A stretch of DNA of 64,000 bases from NCBI RefSeq assembly GCF_006345805.1, contig NC_043006.1, positions 58,776,001 to 58,840,000 on the forward strand. Reading direction: 5' to 3'. This document shows positions 52,667 to 64,000 of the stretch, piece by piece. Position 1 is the stretch's first letter. Each line of letters starts with the position of its first letter. This stretch comes from Octopus sinensis. Lineage: Eukaryota. The translations under genes and the position numbers were made by a program. The notes under the pieces were generated by a model. It saw only the letters and a program-made list of their open reading frames with translations. It was not told the origin of the DNA and did no database searches.

Positions 52667-53964
52667 GCGGCCAGAATGTTCATAACGGCATTGTTTTCGA
52701 CAGAAAAGTAGGTACAGACAATAAATACGATATTAATTGTTATTGTCTGAGATTTTGGTGTAATTTGAGAGGATAATACAAAAGTTATGGATGATTTAGT
52801 GATTTACTGCAAAACCCATGGCGGCCAAAATGATCAGAACGGTTGCTTTTACTCCGTGTTTTAGTATATTTAACCGGCGAACTCTAATGTTTTGAATTTG
52901 TTTACGTGATGGTTCGTTTACTAAATATTAGTAAGAATATCTGCAGTGTATTTTGTTAATATAATGCCACTTACTCCGTTACCAATTCGTCAGCAGATTA
53001 TTAAGCTTCGAAAGAAGGATAATTTAAGTATTGGGTCTATTGCAAAGATTGTTAACAAATCAAAAAGTGTTGTTCACGGTATTCTTAAGGTCTACAATGA
53101 TTGTGGTTCGTATGAAGCAAGAAAGTCTACAGATAGGCCAAGAAAAACGACCAAGAGAGAAGATCGTGCTATGGTAAAGTTGGTTAAAAAGGACAGATTT
53201 AAAACTGCTGCTGCTGTTTCTCGGGAAATTGGCATTGTATTGAAAAACTGTGTCTCGTCGTTTAGTTGAACATGACCTACAAGCAAGAGCACCTGTAGTG
53301 AAGCCACTGATCAGCTCCAAGAATAAAAAGTGTCGTCTTACCTTTGCAACTGAACATGTGTTGTGGTCTCAAGAAAAATGGCAAACGATGCATTTCAGTG
53401 ATGTATCTAAGTTTATGTTATTTGGCTCAGATGGGAAAATGTACGTTCGTTGAAAAGTAGGTGAAAAATTGTCGCCTAAATGCCGTAAGACTAGTGTTAA
53501 ATTCGGTGGAGGAAGTGTCATGGTTTGGGGGATGATATCTGGAGATGGTGTGGGCCCTTTGGTGTGATTACACGGAAAGGTAAATGCAGGAGTTTATAAA
53601 CAACTTGTAAAAGATCATGTCTTGCCTGTGCTGAGAAATTCAACTAAGCGACCACCCATATTCATGCAGGACAATGCCCCCATGTCACAAGGCTAAGGTG
53701 GTCATGAACTTCCTCAAGGCTGAAAAGTATTCTCTGTCATTTTTTATTATTTTGTTATTTTTTCAACCGTTCTGATCATTTTGGCCGGTATGGGTTTTGC
53801 AGTAAATCACTAATCATCCGTAACTTTTGTATTATCCTCTCAAATTACACCAATATCGTATTTATTGTCTGTGAAAATTATAGAATATAAAACAACTTTG
53901 ATAAAAACTTATACCTACTTTTCTGTCGAAAACAATGCCGTTTTGAACATATTGGCCGCAACTG
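52662..53964 (+). mobile_element. Tc1-family DNA transposon, copy 2 (internally deleted, lacks the catalytic E region)
   Basis: Same TIRs and transposase as 17517-19051. It retains a 57-bp segment missing from copy 1 but lacks the region equivalent to 18543-18791. Confidence 0.95.
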
Positions 53965-53990
53965 TATATATATATATATTATATATATAT

Positions 53991-54053
<63 letters not shown>

Positions 54054-54239
54054 AGAGAGAGAAAGAGGGGGCTGGACAAAATAATGGAAACACCTAGCAT
54101 CATAGCATCATAATAAAACGGTCAAAAGCTTGCTTATTTTTATGGCTTTTGATTTATTATTAGTGTTGCTTAATATGTTTTGCTAAAGTTGTTGTTTCTT
54201 TTCAGATATCATCAGAAAAGGTAAATAAAATTCATTAAT

Positions 54240-54377
54240 ATGCCAGATCTATCGGACTTTCAAAGAGGTCAAATTGTTGGTGCTCGTATGGCAGGCGCTA
54301 GCATAACGAAAACAGCCGAAATGTTTGGTGTATCAAGAAGTACTGTCTCAAAAGTAATGACAGCCTTTCAGAAATAA
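54240..54377 (+). mobile_element. N-terminal fragment of a different Tc1-family transposase
   Basis: MPDLSDFQRGQIVGARMAGASITKTAEMFGVSRSTVSKVMTAFQK* is a typical Tc1 paired-like HTH start. Confidence 0.75.
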
Positions 54378-56239
54378 ATTATAGCAGCGGCCCTTCTGTT
54401 TTTCTAAGTCCTGTAAAAAAATTCGGAAAGTTGGGACTGCAACCAGGTCTCTCGTAATACCCATAAAGCCAGTATTTTCACTCTGTTAAATGTTTAACCT
54501 TGTGATTCGATTTATTCACTGCAATTACGAAGGCTTGTATCGAAGATAATTGTCAATAACTAAGCTAAAAAATATTTGTCTTGTTAGATGCCTAATTAAG
54601 GCGTGGAATTCAACCATTTTCTTCATTAATGCAGTCGATATTTCTGGAAGAAGAAATTGGGTGTGAGTTTCTTTAACGATGATTAGTCGCATTGTAAAGC
54701 CTTTATGAAGCTTACTAACATCACGACTTACATACTAACATCATAATACAGCCAAGGTGCACATTTACAATATGAAGTGACAATTTACATGGATTTTGTT
54801 TATTTAAGAATTCAACGGAAAAGTTTAGGACCACCACCACCATCACCACCTTATCATCATCGTCGTCGTCGTCTCCGTCGCTGACCTCGTCGTTGTCATC
54901 ATCCTCCTTCTTTATCATCATCGTTACTGTCATCGTCGTCGTCGTCGTCGTCATCACGGTAATTTATCACCGTTTCATTATCATCAGCTTTGCTATCATC
55001 ATCACCCTCACTCCTCCCTGTCACCTCCATTCCTCCTCCCCTCCTCCTCTTCCGCCCCATCATACCATCTTCCTCCATCTCCTCCTTCTCCTCACTCTCT
55101 TCTCCTCCTTCTTTTCCTTCTCCTCCCTCCCCTCCTATCGCTCCTCCTCATCATTGCTGTCATCATCACCATCTTTCACCTCCTTCGCCTCAGCATCGTC
55201 ACCATCACCATCTTCCTTCTCTCCCTCCTCATCATTATCAGTAACAGAATCATTGTATTCATATTCTTTTGTTACACATGGTAGGAGCTGGTGAACATCA
55301 CTTTTAATATTCAAATATATCTTTAGTTTTTATCTAGTTATTCTAATCCTCATGGTTAGCTCATCATTGTTGATATTAATTGAATCTCTATAAATATTGC
55401 TTATAATATCTGTATTGGGAATAATTCCTAACATTATAGGAAGTGTGTTTCAGGATTAGCAATCTTTGTGCAAACTATTTTACCAGTAGTTTAGGGTTAA
55501 TATTTGTTCAAAGAATATTAAAATATGAAGCATTTAGATCAAATGTTTTGAAATTCTATAGAATAACAATTTGCCTCTAGTTTAGGGAATATTTATGACA
55601 CCGTCCGTCAAGTTTATTCAGCATCATAAATTATTTGTCTATTAAATCTGATTTCTCAGCTATCTGTTGTCCGTAAAAGGGACTGATCTCAATTTCAGAA
55701 GATTATAGAAATGAATAAATCAAGTTTTTCCATATTTTCCCACTTTGGACATGACATCATGGTAGCCCTCTCTCATGTTGCGTGGAGAAGCATGGAAATA
55801 TGAAGGCAGGACAAACATGTCTGTCTTAATTATACATCAGCATTGTTAGCAGGAATGGCTAAATCGTTACGTAAAACGTTATGCTGCCGAACTTGAAACT
55901 TTTGTGAGTGCATGTAAATCAAGTTATTTACCTTAAATTAGAGCTAAACATACGTTACTAGAACAATTCCCAATCATAATGCAAAATTAGACTGAAATAT
56001 TGTCATATTGCCTGACTGCAGTCTGTGCTACCTGATAGTTTATTATAGTAATGTTGTTACATTGAAGGTGTTGATTTTCTTTTATTTTTATCTGTATATT
56101 TGGTCTCAACCCTGGTTCTCCAAATGGGTTTAATAAAGTAAATATCACTGGGTATACGTAGGAACTAAATATATACTTTTTATATTTACTACCATATTTA
56201 ACACATCTGTGTACATTCGAACGTGGGAAGATCTTTTAC

Positions 56240-57150
56240 AGAAGAAATACTCCGGGAGGAAATTCTCCTCATAGACAATACGTGTGAAATCATATCATTG
56301 GGCTAATTACAGGACTATTATCAACGCAGGTATTTACACGAAAATCTCTTTCCAACACTGGTTCTCCATCATTATGCGTAAGTATCATCGCCATTTCTTC
56401 AACTGTTGGTAAATTGTATTGCCTTCTCTCTCAATTCCCAGCTCTCTTATATACTGTATTTATGAGACGTAAATACCTATTTTATATTAAAGCTTTCTCT
56501 TCTTCCTCACTCTCACCTCTTAATACGCTTTTGCGTAGACATTATTTTCTCTTATGAAATTGTCAAGATTTTGAATAATTTCATTTCAACTGCCATGATT
56601 ATATCTTATTTATTCTAGTGTAATTTTCTTCTCTGGAATCTACTGCATAAAGTTGTGTAAACTGTCGCTGCTCACCATCACTTGAGTGCATGTTAGACGT
56701 AAGATTTTACTTGGTATCTGAAACAATAAAGACCATGGCCACTTGGATCAGCGTTCAGTGCGACTAAACAGAGAAATGAAAGATAAAATAAAACGATCTA
56801 ATGTTTTCTTTGAAGTTTCGATAGTGCTTTTGTTTCGAGTTGCTCAGAACCTCCTGCATATATTCTGAAAAAATACAAATGATACTATAACAAAATTCTA
56901 CCCTTTCTAAAAGTAGTTGTTAAATTTCCTATCAATGGAACCTTCTGGTAAAATGCTTAATGAACTGCAAAACTAGCTAACAATTTTTGTTTCTCTCAAC
57001 TATACTGTTCGTATTCATTGTTGAAGCATATCATTATCTACTTTAGCATGTCCTCTAATTTCTCTGCGAGAGGCAAGCCTTTATCTCGCAATCTCCTTTC
57101 TGTTCCTCATCTTCTCTTTTCTCATTTGAGAAAGGCCTGAATAGAGAGAC
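56240..57150 (-). mobile_element. Helitron RepHel N-terminal coding remnant
   Basis: Frameshifted motifs KHYRNFKENIRSF, GHGLYCFR, DGEQRQFTQLYAVDS and RRQYNLPTVEEMAMIL...GEPVLERDF match the conserved Helitron blocks ENIRSYN, G.YCFRI.GQ, P.F.QLY..D and RYN.PT..EVA. Confidence 0.7.
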
Positions 57151-57700
57151 TTATGCTCTTTTGTTCTCCCCTATGTTGCAGTTGTTCTGATAAATATTTC
57201 AATAATATGCAGAACTGCCAGATATCATTCAAAGCACCACATTTACGAAGCTGTCTGTTTTCTATGTACGTTTTCTTTTTCTCTATCTTTTCTGGTGATA
57301 AGGGTTCTGTTTTTAACCCTGAAAAATATCTTTCTTCCTATCCTTCCTTTTTTTTTTCTTTCTTCTTGCTATGAATTTCTTCTGTGTTCAATTCTAATCT
57401 TCTCTTTTGCAGCACAAAATCTTTACTCATATTTTCTTAAACAGTCACTTCTTTTCGTCTGTGTTCATATTCCATTACTTGCAGCAATGTCGTTTCTTGT
57501 GTTGACCATCTGCAGTTTTGGTTATTAACGACTCACTCGAACTGTGTTCTCTTTTGATTTATTTGTCTTACCCGTGCTAACAATCTATGCTGCACGGGTA
57601 TCTTCTTCCATCTTATAATTTCATGAAACAATTACTTGAAAAGCTTTGCATATACATTAAACTGACGTCCGCTTCACTTATATCTATATATATATATCTA

Positions 57701-57787
<87 letters not shown>

Positions 57788-57864
57788 ATATCTATATCTA
57801 TATATATATATATATATATATTATATACATACATGCATGCACACACACACACACATATATAAAT

Positions 57865-60800
57865 ACTTATATACTTTGATAGGTTTCGGCCATTATTGGC
57901 CCAGGCCATGTCTAACTTAATAGCACCACCTGGTGAAGTCTTTCAAGTCAGAATTTGGGCACTATGGCCCACTCAAGTAGAGAGTTATTGTTTACAGAGA
58001 CATATCCGGGTGTAGGGGGTTTATCCGGGATTTCTTGAAGGAATCTGTCCAAAGACTTCTTGAACCCTATAGGGTCAGTTTCTGTTTTAATGTGTTTTGG
58101 TGTAATGTTAAAGAGAGCGGGGCCAATTGAGGTGAAATAATTGTGCCGTATTGTTGTTATGAGATGAGAGTGCGATTTTTGTTTTGGGCGGATGGCACGG
58201 GGCCCAAGTCTTGGATGTACCTTAAAGGTGATGCCAACATCATTTGGGCAATGCTGATGGAATATTTTCCACATCATGCAGATGATGTAGCGCTCACGAC
58301 GACGTTGGAGAGAATAGAGTTTTAGCTTTTCTAGTCGACCCCAATAGTCGAGGCCTGTCATGCCATCTATCTTTTTTGTGATTGCCCTTTGAGGTGCTTC
58401 AACTTTTATGATACCTTGTATTGTGTGGGGAGACCACAGTGGACAACAGTATTCAAGGTGGGGTCGGGCAAAAGTGGAGAAGAGAAGGATAATGGTGTGG
58501 ATATCTCTCGACTGGAAAGTTCTGAGAATCCAGGAACACATTCTGCGGGCCATGCCAACTTTGGTGTTTATATGAGTGGCCCAGCTTATGTTGTTGTCCA
58601 CAATACTACTCCCAGGTCTCTGATGTGTTGGACGCCGCCAGAGTTTCACCTGAAGGAAGGGAATATGGGAGTTTCAGGGCATCCTCTTTTCCAAAGTGGA
58701 TTAGCTCAAATTTATCCTCGTTCAGCAGCATATTGTTTTTTTCTGCCCATGGATAACAGCCAGTAGATCTGACTGGAGGCATGTCCGGTCACTCGCCTCA
58801 TTTATGACCTTCTGTAGCTTGGAGTCATCTGCAAAGATTTTTATGTTGCTGTGCTTGATGATGTCATTAATGTCATTAATGTAAATGATGAAAAGAAGTG
58901 GCCCAGCACAGTGCCTTGCGGAACGCCACTACTGACTTTGGCTGGGCTTGATTTTACCCCTTCAACTACAACATGTTGAGATCTGTCTGTCAGGAAACAC
59001 TTGATCCATTTCAGTAACTTTCCAGAGACACCAATGTTGGATAGTTTTTTCAATACGATCTTGTGATCGACCCTGTCGAAGGCCTTACTGAAATCAAGGT
59101 AGATGACATCGGTGTTGGAGCCCTCTCCCAAAGCTCTCAAAATGTCCTCAAAGTGATGCAGGAGCTGCGTTAGGCAGTCCCTTCCATTACGGAACCCATG
59201 TTGGTTGGAGATCAGCCGTCTGTTGCTTTCCAGAAATTGGGTTATCCGAGATCTCACTCACCACCCTTCAAATACCTTGATGATATGAGAGGTGAGTGAG
59301 ATCGGACGGTAATTCACTGCAAGGGACTTGTTTCCCTTTTTGAAAACTGGGACAACAGACTGGGACAGAAGGTTTTTGGAATATAGCCAGCATCCAGTGA
59401 GTTTCTCCACAGATTAGCAAGGGAGATGCAAGTTGGTGTCGACACACCTTCAGGACACAAGCAGGGAACCTATCGGGGCCTACTGCTGAATTGTGTTTTA
59501 TTTCGTTTATCGCCGCTAAGACATCAGGGGCACTAAACGTTATGTCCGATATAGTGTGTTGGGGGTTGACATCACTGATACAGCCCAGATCGGCCATATC
59601 AGGATTGCTGAAAACAGAGCAGTATTGTTTCTGCAGTATCTCGGCCATGGATTTGGCATTATCTTGGAGAGTGCCAGTTTCGTCAATTAGAGGGCCTACA
59701 GTGGAGACAGTGACCCTGCGTTTCCTCGCAAATGAAAAGAACACTTTGGGGTTGAGTTTGATTTTTTCAATGGCCCACTTCTCCTCAGCTGATCTTGGTT
59801 ATTGATGAGGGTCTTCATGCATTGTTGGAGGTTATATTTTTTGGATTCAAGCAGTGTGATAGCCGTCGAATGTGTGTGTTGCTGTTGGCAGTACTTTAGT
59901 TTGTTAATTTTTTTGTTTGTTCTTTTTATTTTTCTGATAATGGTTTTTTCTGTTTTGGGGGATTCTGCACTTTTTGTTCACAGGTCTTGGTGGGGAGTGT
60001 TTTGCACATATGTCTGTGACGGTGTCTACAAAGATCTGCCAAGATGTTTTATGGTTGGTGGAGATGTGTGTATGTGTAAAGGACCAGTCAACATGTGATA
60101 GCTCGTTCCTGATTGCATCCCAGTTGGCATTATGGAGATCCATGTTGTCAAATGGGTGGGCTGGAGGAAGGTCACTAGGATTAGCTTTCGGCTGGTGGAA
60201 TTTCATGTTACAGAGAACCATGTCATGGTCTGAAAGAAGGGTTTTTTCCACTGTAACGTTATGTATAGTGTTAGTGTGGTTACTAAACACTAGGTCCAAA
60301 ATGTTCTGATGTCTTGTTGGTGCAAGGACAAGTTGGGACAAGAAAAACTCATTCGTAAAGTCGAAAAGTGACTCTGCTGCTTCTTTGTCAGCGGTTGAGG
60401 CGGGAGTGCTTGGTTTCAAACAGTTTGTAGTCCAGTCAACACAAGGTAGATTGAAGTCTCCCATCATGAGTATGTTGCTAGAATGGCACTGTTGAATAAA
60501 GCACTTAATGCTGTTGAGGCATTCTTTAAAGCACAGTATGGTGTTTGGGGCGGCCTATAGAGCCCAATTACTGTCAGGTCATTGGCTTTGTTGTGCACGG
60601 TGACTGATTCACAGTAGCCGTTGGAGAATATACTATTTCCATCTGCCGTAAATGAATCATGCAGGAAAATGGCAGTTCCACCCTTCCTCCTGCCGATACG
60701 ATCCGCGCGGATGGTTGTGAAATTCTTCACTCTCACTTCGGCTTCCAAGTGGGAGTTGTCAAGGTGGGTCTCAGTGAGAATGAAGAAAGGGATGTGGTGT

Positions 60801-61435
60801 GAATGGTTACCAACCAGTCTTCAATGAATTGGACCTTCCATTTTTGTGCATTGATGGAAGGGCTGACACCTTGTGCATTGAGTAGGAATGTGGAGGTTAG
60901 TGTAGTGGCTGGTTTGACTGTTGCAGGGGGCTTGGATTTTTTGTGTGTGTTAGTGGCAGCAATGTGGGGAATTGGTGCACTGGGGTAATAGCATAGGATG
61001 GTGTTGAGTGATGGTTAGAATGTTTTTGTGTATCTCTTTGCCATGTTCAACATGGCTAAAAAAGAATTTTCCTGCTTAGGGAGCAGTTTTTGGCTGGAGG
61101 TGTGGTTGCACTGTTGGATAGGGTTGTAGTTTCCACTTTTGTTGTTGTTGTTTTTGTGTCTTCCTGAAAAGACTGGACCAGCATTACTGCAGCATAGTGT
61201 GTTTCTATTTTTATTTTTATTCAGGTTTGTGTGTTGGCTTGAAGCCCCGTTTCTGTTTGTGCGTCGGGTCCCTGGAAGATGAGTGAAGGGACAGTCACTC
61301 AGCAGACATGTTCTCTCACGTTGGGAATACCGGCAGATTTTGGGACTCCGAGTTGTGTATGTTTTGAATTTCGATTTACTATTTGGTGGTGTTGATGTTA
61401 TTGTGGGATGCGTGCTTTGGCCTTGGCCGGTAGTG
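57865..61435 (-). mobile_element. Near-full-length CR1-group LINE (APE endonuclease + RT) with several frameshifts
   Basis: APE: ILTETHL...RADRIGRRKGGTAIF...MGDFNLPCVDW. RT: NQHGFRNGRDCLTQLL...DVIYLDFSKAFDRVDH...SGVPQGTVLG...IFADDSKL. C-terminus: RPHLEYCCPLWSP...LYSLQRRRER. Stop codon at 57948. Confidence 0.92.
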
Positions 61436-61460
61436 CGTCTAGTGCATGTGTATATATGTG

Positions 61461-61600
<140 letters not shown>

Positions 61601-61685
61601 TATATATATATATATATAAAATAAACAGAATGAGATAAAAAAAAACCAAGGCTGTGAAAGATTTCAGAACATTTATAAATAGAAG

Positions 61686-61733
61686 GTCTTACAGCTGTTA
61701 CAGGAATATTTTATATATCCCTTCATCGGAGAC
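61686..61733 (-). ncRNA. Degenerate type-I hammerhead motif (ACAGCTGT stem III family)
   Basis: GTCT CCGATGA A GGGATA tataaaa TATTCC T GTAA CAGCTG T A AGAC. Perfect stem I and palindromic stem III, with two core changes. Confidence 0.55.
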
Positions 61734-62095
61734 GGTGTGAGAGGATGGTTAAGCAATAGTTATTCTAGATAAGATATGAAATGGAGAGTGAAGTGGAGGA
61801 ATGAAATGGATGTGAGATATGCAGGGATATTGTATCTACAGCTCCATTATTTAAGGAGAATGGTATATATGTAAGATTCATGTACCTATATATATAGTAA
61901 ATTGTTGTTGATCAATATTTCTCCATTTTCTGTTTACTTTAAATTTGATTCCGAATAAACTCACGTTTATTTTTGTCATTGCTTGTAACCTATGAGCATA
62001 TGTATGCCTAGGGTTAACATAAGTAATTATACAGGTAGTAAAACGGATATTTCTATACCTCAGGCGGTTATTCCAATCTCTAGCTCTACTAACCT

Positions 62096-62144
<49 letters not shown>

Positions 62145-62296
62145 GGCTCTGTGGAAAGTAGCTTGCTTACCAACCACATGGTTCCGGGTTCAGTCCCACT
62201 GCGTGGCATCTTGGGCAAGTGTCTTCTACTATAGCCTCGGGCCGACCAAAGCCTTGTGAGTGGATTTGGTAGGCAGAAACTGAAAGAAGCCTGTCG

Positions 62297-62371
<75 letters not shown>

Positions 62372-62540
62372 TTGTGTGTCTGTGTTTGTGTCCCCGTCAC
62401 TTAGCGGTTCGGCAACAGAGACCGATAGAATAAGTACTAGGCTTACAAAGAATAAGTCCCGGGGTCGATTTGCTCGACGAAAGGCGCTGCTCCAGCATGG
62501 CCGCGGTCAAATGACTGAAACAAGAGTATATATATATATA

Positions 62541-62570
<30 letters not shown>

Positions 62571-62577
<7 letters not shown>

Positions 62578-63015
62578 CGGGATGGTAATTTTTCTTTATT
62601 TTTGCCAAATAAACACATACTATATATATTCGTTCTTGACTCGTTTATTACTGTTCTTATTCTAACTCATGTCCATTGTCCAGATATCTTTCGTCACATA
62701 TCTGCGACCTCTTCAGTGACACTTTCCATCCTCGTATATACTCCTGCTCTTAACCGTTTCTGTTCTGGATTAAGCAGAGAAAGGAACATACACAAGGACG
62801 GAAAGTGTCACTGAAGATGCCGTTGATGTGTGACGAAAGATTTACAGATAATAGACATGAGTTAAAATAAGAACAGCATCAAACGAGTGAAGAAAGAATA
62901 TGTAATGCGTGTGTTTATTTGACAAATAAGAAATAATCCTCCTGAAATATAACAATATCTGTTTCAACACACGGTTTCACATCAGGAATCTTGCCACACA
63001 AATTCATAAACGTAT
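62571..63015. repeat. Head-to-head inverted pair of the ~230-bp hammerhead-like repeat (arms about 62571-62741 and 62785-62950; the right copy continues to about 63015)
   Basis: CTGAAGA on the minus strand at 62710-62716 and on the plus strand at 62811-62817. The right copy aligns with 24061-24290. Confidence 0.75.
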
Positions 63016-64000
63016 ATATGTATATATATATATATAGTCCAAGTAGTGTAAGCATGATGCTCTTGAATAAAGGATTGTTTACAAATTACTAATGTTTAAG
63101 ATATATAATTATTAGTTAGTACTATAGATAAAAAAATCTAAAGGTATAAAATGCATACCTGTTCTACTTTATTGTTTTTCTTGTTCGGTATTATTGTTTC
63201 ATTAAACAATTATTTGAAAATTAGCTAGATGTACTTATGCCGTCTGCTCTTTTTGTCACATTGTACTTACAACCGTTAGTGTCTTATTCTCAAACTATCT
63301 CTGTCGTTCGCAAAATTTCATCTGAATTCTCACACTGTCATCGTTTACTGACTTTTTCATTTGACATCCTGTTACTTAAACATCTTTATGATATAATTAT
63401 TTGTTGATACTGAGAGACGAAAAACAAATTTAAAAAGAATGAATAAAAAAGCTTAATTAGAGAGTAGTACCAATATGTCAGAAACATTTGATTTAAATTT
63501 GCTTATTTCTTTATTTGTTAAGCTAAATGTCTCCTAATACCTTCCCAATTACATTTAAGTTGTTCATTAAAATGTCTCCTACGCCAAATTATTTTACAGC
63601 ACTCACCCCTTCCTGCAAGCGATATTTTAATTTTAATTCCCTCTCGCGCTCAATCCCTCTCTTGCTCTCCACTCCTCTCCTACGTTTTCCCTCATGAGAG
63701 ACCAACACAATCAAGGGACTAATACCTATCGAATATTATAGGTTAAGTGGAAGCCCTCGGACAAAACAAAATATATTTTGTCGGACTCACAGCAAGAAAT
63801 TTGATGAGCCTCTATACACACGCGCGTGCGTGTGTATAAAATAAAAAGCAGAAATTTGCAATTACTGTTTCTGATTTGCAATTACTGATTTCTCATGCAT
63901 TATATAAAATAACTTCGTTTCTTATTGGATATATGGCTTTAGATGATAGAGACGAGTTATTTCAAATGAACAGAACAATAAAATCCCAAGAATTATTGTA

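Noticed and set aside
54206-54220. 15-bp plus-strand micro-exon (ttttcag ATATCATCAGAAAAG gtaaat)
   Set aside because: It is opposite to the host gene, sits just upstream of a Tc1 fragment, and has no partner exons.
57865-57910. GGCC-AATAAT-GGCC-GAAAC at the CR1 LINE 3' end as a ribozyme
   Set aside because: No CUGANGA upstream; better explained as an ordinary LINE 3' stem-loop.
63260-63360. Minus-strand GTAAGT donor near 63268
   Set aside because: Splicing to the 102-bp exon would create TAA, and there is no family motif.

Overview
AT-rich, microsatellite-dense animal genomic DNA. The repeat content is most consistent with a coleoid cephalopod such as Octopus (inference). The one host gene I can support is on the minus strand: the last three coding exons (26110-26211, 21423-21557, 5007-5314) of a stargazin/TARP-family (CACNG5/7-like, claudin-fold) protein. 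They splice in frame through GT-AG phase-1 introns of 4,552 and 16,108 bp. I did not find the 5' exon(s) carrying TM1 and the GLW motif; they probably lie beyond the window. The rest is intron or flank filled with mobile DNA: two IR-DR Tc1 (DD34E) copies, a Dong/R4 LINE, a near-full CR1-like LINE, Tx1/L1 and RTE remnants, a Penelope-like RT/GIY-YIG element containing a (CCCTAA)n insert, Helitrons, and at least four tRNA-derived SINE families. The most striking unannotated signal is about a dozen minimal type-I hammerhead-ribozyme motifs from roughly seven short repeat families. Most have a palindromic stem III suited to dimer cleavage, and most read in the gene's sense orientation. One is fused to a tRNA-SINE head inside a 15-bp target-site duplication. 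Nearly all ORFs in the supplied track are microsatellite artefacts.
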